Source: Promethearchaeota archaeon
GTDB taxonomy: Archaea; Asgardarchaeota; Lokiarchaeia; Sigyniarchaeales; SOKP01
DNA: 64,000 nucleotides
Direction of reading: 5' to 3'
Assembly (NCBI GenBank): GCA_048940925.1
Contig: JBHLOC010000002.1
Span: 1-64,000 of the forward strand
The position numbers were made by a program, and so were the translations under genes. Each line of letters starts with the position of its first letter. Positions within the stretch are counted from its first letter, which is position 1. Below are positions 1-9,667 of this stretch, piece by piece. The notes beneath the pieces are model-generated. The model did not search any database. It was not told the origin of the DNA and saw only the letters and a list, made by a program, of their open reading frames with translations.

Positions 1-20
1 TACCTAGATAATTGATAAGA

Positions 21-851
21 ATGGAGAATAATAAATCAGAAACAGAACAAGAGCCTAAAAAATCATTTAAATTAAAACTTAAGGATTATTTAAAAAACCT
101 TTTTGACTTTTCTCAGTATGATAAAAAGACTATTATCTACATTGTCATTTTTGTAATACTGATTATAATTTCTGTAGGGCTTCTCTACTATAATTACTTT
201 ATCAAAAGGACTTTTATTTATATCCTTATTGCAGATTGGTTTGTGAATCCAATATATAAATTAGGAATTAGTGGTATATTTCTTTTCGTAGTAATAATGG
301 CGATTCAGGGATTAATCGTACCAATTCCTTCAGAGTTGGTTCTGTTAGCAGCAGGTATGATCTGGGGATGGCTTCTAGGAGGAATTATGGGATTAATCGG
401 TTCAATGTGTGCAGGATTATTATGTTTCTATATAAGTAAAAAAGGGGGAAGGCCTTTAGCTAAAAAATTTGTCGGTGAGAATGCAATTGATATGGTTGAT
501 GATTTGATTCAAAAATATGGGATGAAGGCAATTCTTATTTCGAGATTTATCCCTTTTATATCTTTTGATGTTATTTCATATGCTTCTGGTTTAGTGGATG
601 TAGATTTAAAGACATATTCAATCGGAACTTTAATAGGATCTACATTTCGAGCCTTTTTTTATTCTATATGGGGCTTTCTTCTAGGATTTAATCCCCCTAT
701 TGATACTACAGATGTTGAATTAATTGAAGCTCAAGCAGGAGTATTTAATATAGTTTTACTCGTAATATTAGGTGTATTAGTATTGATGTTCTTAGGATAT
801 TATTTTCTTGCAAAATATTATGAAAAAAAGAAATTAAAAAACAAATCTTAA
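21..851 (+). CDS. TVP38/TMEM64 (VTT/DedA-like, SNARE-associated) membrane protein
   Basis: Hydrophobic protein with 'QGLIVPIPSELVLLAAGMIWG' and 'SRFIPFISFDVISYASG' family motifs; ATG at 21 preferred over TTG at 12. Confidence 0.85.
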   Translation: MENNKSETEQEPKKSFKLKLKDYLKNLFDFSQYDKKTIIYIVIFVILIIISVGLLYYNYFIKRTFIYILIADWFVNPIYKLGISGIFLFVVIMAIQGLIVPIPSELVLLAAGMIWGWLLGGIMGLIGSMCAGLLCFYISKKGGRPLAKKFVGENAIDMVDDLIQKYGMKAILISRFIPFISFDVISYASGLVDVDLKTYSIGTLIGSTFRAFFYSIWGFLLGFNPPIDTTDVELIEAQAGVFNIVLLVILGVLVLMFLGYYFLAKYYEKKKLKNKS

Positions 852-894
852 GGATTTTATACTCTAATTAGAAGATAATAATATTATTGTGATA
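843..894 (+). repeat. 52-bp direct repeat, copy 1 (overlaps stop codon of TVP38 gene)
   Basis: aaatcttaaggattttatactctaattagaagataataatattattgtgata is identical to 3586..3637. Confidence 0.9.
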
Positions 895-1437
895 GTATTG
901 GTTATATGTAAAGAAATGTCTTACATAAAAAAAATTCATTTTCTTCAATTTAGGTTTTCAAGATGCAATCTTCAATTTCTTCAAAGATAAAAAAATTTCG
1001 GTAAAATGAAAAAAAATTCAAAAATTTGGAGATCTCTAATTAAATATAAGTGTTTTTTATTCTGGTTATACTTTTTAATAGAATGTTTATTATTTTAATT
1101 TTAAAAGTAAATTTTATTTTATCCCTATTTCGAAATCTTCTTTTATTACTGCTTTAATGTCTTTTTTCAATTTATTATATAATTTAATAGCGCTTTTATG
1201 AGTAATTACAGACAATTCAGATCGATATAAACTATCAGAATCAATTTTTTCATCACAATATTTTTGTACTAAGTAGACTCCATAATTATCTACAGTCCAT
1301 AATTTTAGAGTGATTATAGCTTTAATACGATAATGACTAGTAGGTTAAATACTATTATACAATTAATGTTTCACACTACAGATCTTTCAAAGATTTATCG
1401 GTTATTGAATGCTGGCACTTTATGATTATTTTCAATC

Positions 1438-2373
1438 TTAACAATCCATATTTTTCATGTATTTCATCAGGTTTAAGCCCAATAATAAATCATAATTTAT
1501 ATTTCCCTTACGAATACAATTCAGTAATTTTTCTCTGATTTTGTTCCCTAGCGCCTTCTCGACTCTTTCAGAGATAAGTCCTATGTATACTATATTTGTC
1601 TCTTCATAGTTAATTTTATTTAGGATTTGAAGGGCTTTTTCTAGAAAATTAGTAGGAGGATCAAATAAAGATATAATTTCCTCATCAGATAATACATCTA
1701 ACATATGATAGTTAAGAAAGATATTTAGGTGTACTAGATCTTCTAATTCGAGGATTTGTTTTACTTTTTTCTCAATTGGTATAAATAAAAATTTACCAAT
1801 TTTATTATAAAGAGAGTTAGCTTCATGGAATTGATCAGTGTCATCCTTCAAGTAGGCACTAAAAATATGCTCAAGTAAGCAGCAATCTTCCGAGGAGAAA
1901 ATAGAAATTATTTCTTCATATGTTAAAAAGTTTAAGTATCCTTCATCGATTAGGTATCCTACGGTTTGAATTTCTCCCCTCATTAGTCGTTTCGCGATCT
2001 CCTCTTTAAAGACTTTTTTAGCTTGTGGATCTCCTTCCTGTGTTAGTTTTTTCAGAAGAGGAAAAGAAAGTGTTGAATCTAATAAATCGGTATTATAATC
2101 ATATTCAGCCCACGCTTGTAAATTAGAACAATGTGCCCAGAACTCCGTTTCAGGAGGTATTGTTTCGGGTAACTCCTCTAATGAGTGATCCAATTTATTT
2201 ATAATTTCATCGATAGATTTTATCTTGGAGTACTTCTCAATATCATCGATAGGGATATGTAGTAGTACATACTTACACTGCCTGAATCGCTTACCATTAA
2301 CATAAATAAATGTCTTACCTCCCCGTAGCTCTAAGGAAAGAAACTCATTAACTTTAAATTCTTTACCTTCCAT
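1438..2373 (-). CDS. Lokiarchaeal expanded-family protein (N-terminal domain usually found with LRR proteins), probably 3'-truncated
   Basis: 'EFKVNEFLSLELRGGKTFIYVNGKRFRQCKY...PETEFWAHCSNLQAWAE...FPLLKKL' signature; a start-less open frame continues downstream (~1114..1350). Confidence 0.6.
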   Translation of the reverse strand: MEGKEFKVNEFLSLELRGGKTFIYVNGKRFRQCKYVLLHIPIDDIEKYSKIKSIDEIINKLDHSLEELPETIPPETEFWAHCSNLQAWAEYDYNTDLLDSTLSFPLLKKLTQEGDPQAKKVFKEEIAKRLMRGEIQTVGYLIDEGYLNFLTYEEIISIFSSEDCCLLEHIFSAYLKDDTDQFHEANSLYNKIGKFLFIPIEKKVKQILELEDLVHLNIFLNYHMLDVLSDEEIISLFDPPTNFLEKALQILNKINYEETNIVYIGLISERVEKALGNKIREKLLNCIRKGNINYDLLLGLNLMKYMKNMDC

Positions 2374-2419
2374 GTTTTTGTAAAGTTAATTCTTAAGTAC
2401 CACATATTTGAATAAATAT

Positions 2420-3308
2420 TTAAATAAACCCAGAATTAAGTAAAATAATATTTTTTCTGATTATCATTTTTTGGTTACTGTTTACCTTTTTTTCGTAACG
2501 TTTTGTAAAGAGGTAATATACCAAAAATATAACAACCATAATTGCTAAAATTATCAATAATATATTATTAAAAAGTTCAGATTGAGCACTAATTACAGAG
2601 GGAACAAATTCAGAAAAATCTATGGGCGGAACTATCCCTAAAGATGCACCTAACCAAGAATAAAAGAACGCTCTCGGAAGGAGCCTAACAAAGTTCCAGA
2701 TAAATATTTTTTAATATCCATTTCTACTAGTCCAGATGCATAGCTTATCGGGTCAAATGCTATAAAGGGCAGAAACCTAGCTAATATTATAGCTCTTGTT
2801 CCATATTTTTTTATAAAGTTATCTGCTAAGCCGAGAGCTTTTTCTCCTATGAATCTTTTTACTAAAGGTCTTCTTCCTCGTCTACTTAAATAGAAGCAAA
2901 GAATTGCAGCACACATTGAACCAATGACTCCCATAAATCCGCCTAATACTAAGCCCCAAATCATTCCTGTTGCCAGTAATACTATCTCCGATGGTAAAGG
3001 TATAATTAGTCCCTGAAGCCCCATAATAATTATAAACAGTGCAGCTCCCCAGAACCCTAATGCGTATACAGGATTTACAAACCATTCAACCACAAGTCTA
3101 TATAGAAAAGTCCTATTAAAAAAGTAGACATAAATAAGCAAGAATAGAGATATGCTATTAAAAAAGCAAAAATAACAATATATACAATTGTTTTGGTATC
3201 ATAATGAGAAAAGTCAATTAAATTCTTGATATATTTCTTAAATTTTGCTGAAAATGGTTGATCAGCTTCACTTTTTTCGTTTTTATTATTTTGTTCCTTA
3301 GCATTCAA
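2420..3308 (-). pseudogene. Second TVP38/TMEM64 paralog with two 1-bp frameshifts
   Basis: ORFs 3075..3308 and 2650..3141 plus a third frame (PRAFFYSWLGASLGIVPPIDF...LFNNILLIILAIMVVIFLVYYLFTKRYEKK, stop at 2420) align colinearly with the 21..851 protein; shifts near 3152 and 2678. Confidence 0.8.
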
Positions 3309-3585
3309 AATATAAAGTAAAAATTAAGTAATAATAGTAATTTTAATTTCTATAAAAAGTATTTTTTGCAGCTTTTCTGCTAAAGGCATAATTATTTTTT
3401 TTTGAATAATGAGACCTTCTTTTAAATGTGCAGTAACTATGAATGTTGGAATAGAAACTGACTCACAAATTACGAGAGTTAATAGATTAATATGTTTTCA
3501 TGACTCCTAAATTGAGAGATAAGCAGAATACTTTATCGTTAATTTATTAAGTTATAATGAAATATTGGATATTAAATTAAAGGAT

Positions 3586-3637
3586 AAATCTTAAGGATTT
3601 TATACTCTAATTAGAAGATAATAATATTATTGTGATA
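3586..3637 (+). repeat. 52-bp direct repeat, copy 2
   Basis: Identical to 843..894. Confidence 0.9.
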
Positions 3638-4288
3638 TTACTCTTTTTTTTTTATATCGATTATCTAATTTCTGCTTATGAATAAAAAAGATAAATCAAT
3701 TAAAAGATTTGAATTCAAAGAAAATTATGAGTTAAACATGACTGAATTTTATAAAGCTTTAGATTTCGCAATACACAAAAAAAATGCACAATCAATCTAT
3801 GGGCTTAGCAAAATTTTTACAAGATATTATTTTAGAAAATTAAATAACTAAGCATTATAAATCCAAAATCTTTTCATATTTTACCGAATTTCTTTGATAA
3901 ATATTTAAAATTACCTTTTTTGAATATTTGAATTGTTTGATGCTTTAATTTAAGAATTTTTACTCAGACTCTCTTACTTCCTAGGGAAGTATTTACATTT
4001 GTTTCTAGTTCCTCTTCTGAAATATCATTAGAAAATAATCTTTACCCTATTTATTGATTTACTTAGATTGTTCATCTTAAAGTGGGAAAAATGCAGAATG
4101 TCTTATTCTATTATTTTTTTTCTTAAAACTATTGTTTAGGGAAGATATGAATTTCAAGTAATATGGTATGTTGTTCGTTCCATTAATATAAAAATTTTTC
4201 GATTAAAGAAATTTTATATATTTGAGGACTATATGAAATATAGACCTAATAGAGAATATATTTTAACAATTTTAGAGTAATTGTCATC

Positions 4289-4540
4289 ATGAATGTTAGC
4301 GGAGATTATGATAAAATTTTAGAGGAAACACTTAAGGATGAATTGGAATGGCTAGAACAAGAGTTTGAGCTCCTCTTTAGAAATAAAAAGAATAATTGCA
4401 CAAGAAAAGACATCACGATGGCAACCAGTATTTTAGATAATGTAGTTGACAATATAAAAATGAATTCTAATGACCAATTATTAAATTTACTGGCAGTTAC
4501 GCTTAACAGATTAGAAAAGACATATCCTGATTTTTTCTAA
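4289..4540 (+). CDS. Small helical hypothetical protein
   Basis: 83-aa ATG ORF with protein-like composition. Confidence 0.6.
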   Translation: MNVSGDYDKILEETLKDELEWLEQEFELLFRNKKNNCTRKDITMATSILDNVVDNIKMNSNDQLLNLLAVTLNRLEKTYPDFF

Positions 4541-4726
4541 TAGAATTCTACCTTTTTTTGAGAATCTGGTTTGTTTCTTATACTAAGCTATTAAAATTTG
4601 ATTTTCTAAAATCAGTTAAGCATTATCAATTTGATTTTAGAAAGAGAAATTATTTTAAGAATGATTCTCATATTTTAAAAGTGAAGTTCAGAATTATAAC
4701 TTCTAAAAAAAAAGTAGATTTCTCTT

Positions 4727-5815
4727 ATGGAAAGAATCATTATTACTCATTGGAATAAACAAACTGGACCAGAGCCTATAATTCAATATCCCCCAGAAAA
4801 ACCGTTCCCCGCAAAAGATATCTTTTTAAAAATATGGGCGAAACATGAGTTAAATAAAGTAAATTCTATGATAACTTATGAGGATGATGAGAATGGTTAT
4901 ATATCAATAACTCAGCAATTTGAAGGAGAAATTTATTTTCTAATATTAGTATATCCACAAAAAGATATGATAGAACACTTTTTGATAGAAGTATCCCCTG
5001 ATATTTTGGCAATTATAAGTAGAAATTTAGTAGAATTAATAAATACGAATAAGATTACTCGAGCTATCTCTGAAGCTTATAATACTATAAAAAATTACTC
5101 CAAATTAGATAGAGAAGAAAATCTAATTAATTTTTTCCAAGATAAAATTAAATTTACGATATTACAAATCCTAAGAAATGGTGTTATATCTAAATCGAAT
5201 TTAAGAAATATTTTACACCACGATTATGGTTTTTCAACAATAAATATTGATTTAATCTTAACTTCATTCTTTCGGGAGAGCTTAATTGTCAAACAAAATG
5301 TGCCAGGGAGTGAGGAGTGTTATTTCTTAGTAATTGATCTCTCATGTACAAGAATTCCCCCAGAAAATCTTACAATTGACCAAAAAGATCAAACCATAAT
5401 GAAAAAATATGAAGATAACATCAAGGATTTTTATTTTGATTATGATTATGATAGAACTATTGAAGCAGAGAGTAAAACTATTATACAAACAATCTTATTT
5501 GATAAAGATGTATTTAAATTGATTAAAACCTTAAGAGAAACTAGTCTTTCAGTAAATGATAGTTTGAATATTTTAAATAATAGAGAAGGAATATTCAATG
5601 AGCTTTTAAATAATAAATTTATTTTTGAAGCAAAAGGGTTAGTTTTCATTTTTTCAGATGTTCGGTTTATTAAATTTATACCTTACTATATTATTGGAAA
5701 ATTGAAAGAGCGGTATAAAAACCAAGAAATTTCTTTAAATGAATATTTAACCCACTTAGAATTAATAGTCGAGCAATTAGAAGTCCATGGTTATCTTGAC
5801 TATGAAATAGTATGA
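4727..5815 (+). CDS. Hypothetical protein with a putative longin/uDENN-like N-terminal domain
   Basis: N-terminus 'IIITHWNKQTGPEPIIQYP' resembles the first strands of uDENN/longin domains; similar to the N-terminus of 19020..19388. Confidence 0.5.
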   Translation: MERIIITHWNKQTGPEPIIQYPPEKPFPAKDIFLKIWAKHELNKVNSMITYEDDENGYISITQQFEGEIYFLILVYPQKDMIEHFLIEVSPDILAIISRNLVELINTNKITRAISEAYNTIKNYSKLDREENLINFFQDKIKFTILQILRNGVISKSNLRNILHHDYGFSTINIDLILTSFFRESLIVKQNVPGSEECYFLVIDLSCTRIPPENLTIDQKDQTIMKKYEDNIKDFYFDYDYDRTIEAESKTIIQTILFDKDVFKLIKTLRETSLSVNDSLNILNNREGIFNELLNNKFIFEAKGLVFIFSDVRFIKFIPYYIIGKLKERYKNQEISLNEYLTHLELIVEQLEVHGYLDYEIV

Positions 5816-5876
5816 AAATATATAAACATGGACAGCTAATTTAATATAATTTACAAAAAAAAATAAGTGAACACAA

Positions 5877-6635
5877 TTGGCACTTGAAATAGTTGACTAT
5901 CTTCAAGGAAGTTTTAGTTTAATTTTTGTAATTATTTCTCTAATTATTGGAATTACAATCTTATCTAAATATTTCGAATATAAAAATCGTTTATATATTT
6001 TAGTAGGAATTTCTTGGATTGGTGTAGCGAATCCATGGATGCCAGACTCAATTTCTTTCTTAATGAATTTACTTGTACAAGAGTCTCTCCCAGTGGGATG
6101 GTATTTCATAATAGGAAACTGTTTTATACCAATAGCTCTTTTAACGTGGTTAACTGCATTCACAGACATGCTCTATAAGAAAGCTCAAAAGAAAATATTA
6201 CTAATTACACTCATTTTGTCAGTTCTATTTGAAATAGTGTTCTTTTTTTTCTTCTTTATAAATATTGATTTAATTGGAGTTATTAATCCAGATAGACCTT
6301 TCACTGTAGATTTCGGAATTTTCATAACGATTTATTTAATGATAGCTATCTTAGTTATGCTTATCACTGGTATAATGTTTGCTCAAAAATCTATTAGAGC
6401 AGAAGATCGAGAAGTGAGATTAAAAGGTAAACTGCTCCGAGCAGCTTTTATCACTTTTACAATAGCAGCAGTGTTAGATTCATTATTGGGAACATTTTTT
6501 GAAGATCCAACTGATCCACTTTTATCAATTATGGTTGTTATTGTAAGACTTTTACTAATTTTCAGCGCATTTGAGTTCTATGGAGGTTTTCTTTTACCTA
6601 GATGGATGAAAGAAATTTTCATGAAAAGTGAATAA
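5877..6635 (+). CDS. Polytopic (~7 TM) membrane protein
   Basis: About seven hydrophobic segments in 252 aa. Confidence 0.65.
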   Translation: MALEIVDYLQGSFSLIFVIISLIIGITILSKYFEYKNRLYILVGISWIGVANPWMPDSISFLMNLLVQESLPVGWYFIIGNCFIPIALLTWLTAFTDMLYKKAQKKILLITLILSVLFEIVFFFFFFINIDLIGVINPDRPFTVDFGIFITIYLMIAILVMLITGIMFAQKSIRAEDREVRLKGKLLRAAFITFTIAAVLDSLLGTFFEDPTDPLLSIMVVIVRLLLIFSAFEFYGGFLLPRWMKEIFMKSE

Positions 6636-6662
6636 ATAATTCAATTTTTTTTCTCTTTTACA

Positions 6663-7355
6663 TTATACAGTTAAGATCGAAGTATCTGAAATCTTTTTAT
6701 CAACTGGTGCTTTTCCATCTCCATAAATATGATATAATGCAGTTCTTCTTGCTATTTCATAAAAACTACGGTAAATATCCTTTTCCTTTTCAAATAATGC
6801 ACAAGTCTTATAGATTAAGGGATTCCAAATATATAAATCATTTTTGGGCTCAAACCATAGTTTCTCGTTTTTTAAAATCTGATTAAAATCATCGACACTA
6901 ATTACTTCCTTAAGATCTTGTTTATTCAGCATTACTATAAAAGGGATTTCTTTAATTAACCTATTTTTTGATATGCTTTTTAATTCTAATAGAAATTCTA
7001 TATTATCCTCAAAATGTTTGGTTTGGGAGTCTACAACAAAAATTACAGCATCAGTTTCAGCATCAAGCCTATTAAAAACTTTAATTCTAAGGGGGGTAAA
7101 ACCCTTTTGACCTGCGACGGTATATACTCTATAATACACCTTTTTTTGTTTTTTTGACTGAAAAATTCCTCTATCAAAATAAAGGGTAGCACCACTTGCT
7201 CTATCAATTTTTCTTAATTCACCAACAGGTACAATTTCTCTAGTACCTTCTTTAGTTAATTGGTAAAGTGTTTTTAATATGGTAGTTTTACCTGATCCGT
7301 TCATGCCATAATATACTATTTTGAGGTAAGTGCTACCGTCTTTATATTGGACCAT
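6663..7355 (-). CDS. MglA-like small GTPase
   Basis: KIVYYGMNGSGKTT (G1), TLYFD (G2), YTVAGQ (MglA-type G3), NKQD (G4). Confidence 0.8.
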   Translation of the reverse strand: MVQYKDGSTYLKIVYYGMNGSGKTTILKTLYQLTKEGTREIVPVGELRKIDRASGATLYFDRGIFQSKKQKKVYYRVYTVAGQKGFTPLRIKVFNRLDAETDAVIFVVDSQTKHFEDNIEFLLELKSISKNRLIKEIPFIVMLNKQDLKEVISVDDFNQILKNEKLWFEPKNDLYIWNPLIYKTCALFEKEKDIYRSFYEIARRTALYHIYGDGKAPVDKKISDTSILTV

Positions 7356-7501
7356 TTACAAGACCTTAAATTATATAAATAATAGTTATGGTTTTATTGA
7401 TATTTTAACTTTTAAAATGTTATTTGTTTTTTTTATTCGTGATATTTAAAATAAATTTTTATAAAGTATATATGTTCTTTTTGTCTTTAATTATTACTCT
7501 C

Positions 7502-7606
7502 TAATAATTATGAATTAGATTAAATAAAAATATTTTCAAAATTAAAGATATTCTCTCTCATAATTATTATTATAAAGAATAATTTTTATCTCATAATTAT
7601 TATTAT
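7502..7606. promoter_or_regulatory. Repeated TCTCATAATTATTATTAT motif upstream of hdrCB
   Basis: Exact 18-bp copies at 7556..7573 and 7589..7606, and a partial inverted copy at 7502..7513. Confidence 0.45.
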
Positions 7607-7668
7607 GAATTATGATTCTCTCATAGAAAAACAAGTTATGAATTAAAACCTTGTAAAAAATTGAAATC

Positions 7669-8184
7669 ATGGATGAATATACAGACTCAGAATGGAATTG
7701 GGATTTCTACAACGAACTTGTAGATGATGTAGAAGAAAATAAGAATATTATTGCCTGCATCAGCTGCGGAAAATGTGTCGGAGAATGTCCTGCATCTAAA
7801 ATTTCTAACTTTAATATAAGGAAGATTATTCAAAAAGTTCTAAAAGGAGATAAGAGTGTATTAAAGGATTCAGATATATGGTATTGTTTTCTGTGTGAAA
7901 GGTGTAAAAAAGTCTGCCCGAAAGAAAATATCAATATACCATTATTTATTTTAAATTTAAGAAATGAATCATTTAAGAAAGGATATGGCCCAAAATATAA
8001 CGATCTTAGCAAATATGTAGAAATGTCAGAAAGATTTCTTACAAATGGAACTGTATTAGATAAACCTTTAGGTCAACAACTTCCCCAAGATCGTGTTGAT
8101 GAATTAAATGCAATATGTGATTTTGCTAGAGTAAAGTATGTCTTTAAAGCTAGTAAAAATAAAAAGAAAAAAAAGAAAAAGTAA
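7669..8184 (+). CDS. hdrC: Heterodisulfide reductase subunit C
   Basis: CISCGKCVGECP and CFLCERCKKVCP 4Fe-4S motifs; directly upstream of hdrB. Confidence 0.85.
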   Translation: MDEYTDSEWNWDFYNELVDDVEENKNIIACISCGKCVGECPASKISNFNIRKIIQKVLKGDKSVLKDSDIWYCFLCERCKKVCPKENINIPLFILNLRNESFKKGYGPKYNDLSKYVEMSERFLTNGTVLDKPLGQQLPQDRVDELNAICDFARVKYVFKASKNKKKKKKK

Positions 8185-8216
8185 TCAAGTAACAATTTAA
8201 GATAAAAAAACATATA

Positions 8217-9230
8217 ATGGAAAGTCAAAATTTAGCTTTAGATATAGAAAAAATTGAAAAAGAGTATCCTGAAAACCCTCTAGAATTTTTTAAGGATAAA
8301 AAATTGTGTTTATTTAAAGCTTGTCTTGAATCTTTCTTCCCTGGAGTCAGGTGGGGTATTCAGGATTTATTAGAAGAATTAGATTTAGAAGTCACTACTT
8401 GTATTAATCAATCTTGTTGTAGTGGAACGTTTTTTCAACGAAATTTAATAACAAGAGCACAATTCGCAGCAATAAATGAAAGAAATCTAAATGAAATGAG
8501 TCGCCAGGCAGATATTGTTTTATTTAGTTGTAACGGATGTTATAATTCCATTTTACGAGGTCGAGATTTTTTAAAAATTCCAGAAGTTAAAAGGAAAACT
8601 CAAGATATCTTAAATAGTATAAAAAAAAAAAATTTAGGAGAAGATTATCCTGGAAAATATGAAGTTCTAGATAATCCCAAAATAAAAGTATTACATGATT
8701 TAGATTTCTTATATTTAATCAAAAATAGTGTTCTTAATTCCCTAAAATTTGATTTGAAGGGATTAAAAGTAGCTGTACATTATGGATGTCACTATTTAAA
8801 TTTAGAAAGAGACAAAAAGTCATATGAAAGTTATTTGAAAGATAAAACAAAATTAGATGAGCTAGTATCATTATTTGGAGGTATACCTATAGATTATCAG
8901 GAAAAAGAATCGTGCTGTGGATGGGGTGCATCTCAGATAGTATTACATCCAGATGAAGCATTAAAGGGCACTTATAAAAAATTAAAAAGTGCTGAAAATG
9001 TTGAAGCAGATTTTCTATTAATGCCTTGTCCAACTTGTTTATATACGCTTAGTAAACCGGAGTTTAGAGAGGAGATAGCTGTCTTATTTGGTGAAAAACT
9101 AGATATCCCTACGATTCATATTAATGAATTGATTGCTATATTAAGGGGATGTGAAGAAGAACGATGTATAACTCTAAGAAGAAGAACTCCACGTTTGGAC
9201 GAAATTTTTGAAATTATTACTCATGAGTAA
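8217..9230 (+). CDS. hdrB: Heterodisulfide reductase subunit B
   Basis: Two CCG domains (SCCSG/CNGC; HYGCH/SCCG/PCPTC). Confidence 0.85.
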   Translation: MESQNLALDIEKIEKEYPENPLEFFKDKKLCLFKACLESFFPGVRWGIQDLLEELDLEVTTCINQSCCSGTFFQRNLITRAQFAAINERNLNEMSRQADIVLFSCNGCYNSILRGRDFLKIPEVKRKTQDILNSIKKKNLGEDYPGKYEVLDNPKIKVLHDLDFLYLIKNSVLNSLKFDLKGLKVAVHYGCHYLNLERDKKSYESYLKDKTKLDELVSLFGGIPIDYQEKESCCGWGASQIVLHPDEALKGTYKKLKSAENVEADFLLMPCPTCLYTLSKPEFREEIAVLFGEKLDIPTIHINELIAILRGCEEERCITLRRRTPRLDEIFEIITHE

Positions 9231-9270
9231 TAAAAAATTTAATCCTGTATATCAAAATAAAGATTAAATA

Positions 9271-9666
9271 TTACATTTCTTCTATCGCAGATCGCGGACA
9301 ACTATCTAGGCATAAAAGGCAACCGATGCATTTTTCATAAGAGAATTCTAATCTTTCTTCTTCATTAAAATGTAACGCATCTGTAGGACATAATGAGATG
9401 CAAGCACCACAATCTATACATTTATCATCATTAATGATTACACGCCCTTTTTTATTTACAATAATGTTATTTTGTTTCAATGATTCTGTTATGGTTTTTA
9501 TTTTTTCTTCTGGAATATCTAATAATAGATTTACACCATCTGATCCTGTAGTAAACTTTAAAATATTAAAGGTAATATCGTGTCTTAAGATCTCATTAAC
9601 AATTTTAGAGTAATCATTGATATTTTTGAGTAACCCCAATGGTATTGAAATGTTTATAATAGTCAA
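9271..9666 (-). CDS. NIL-domain ferredoxin (Fe-S partner of the DUF39 enzyme)
   Basis: CIDCGACISLCP and CIGCLLCLDSCP motifs after a NIL-like N-terminus; follows the DUF39 gene. Confidence 0.8.
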   Translation of the reverse strand: MTIINISIPLGLLKNINDYSKIVNEILRHDITFNILKFTTGSDGVNLLLDIPEEKIKTITESLKQNNIIVNKKGRVIINDDKCIDCGACISLCPTDALHFNEEERLEFSYEKCIGCLLCLDSCPRSAIEEM

Positions 9667-9667
9667 T

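Noticed and set aside
2650-3308. Frameshifts in the TVP38 paralog as further introns or programmed frameshifts
   Set aside because: They are 1-bp deletions with no inserted sequence, BHB fold or slippery site
3678-3851. 57-aa ORF after the second direct repeat, and a 7-bp palindrome at 3975..3991
   Set aside because: No motif or context support; expected by chance in AT-rich DNA
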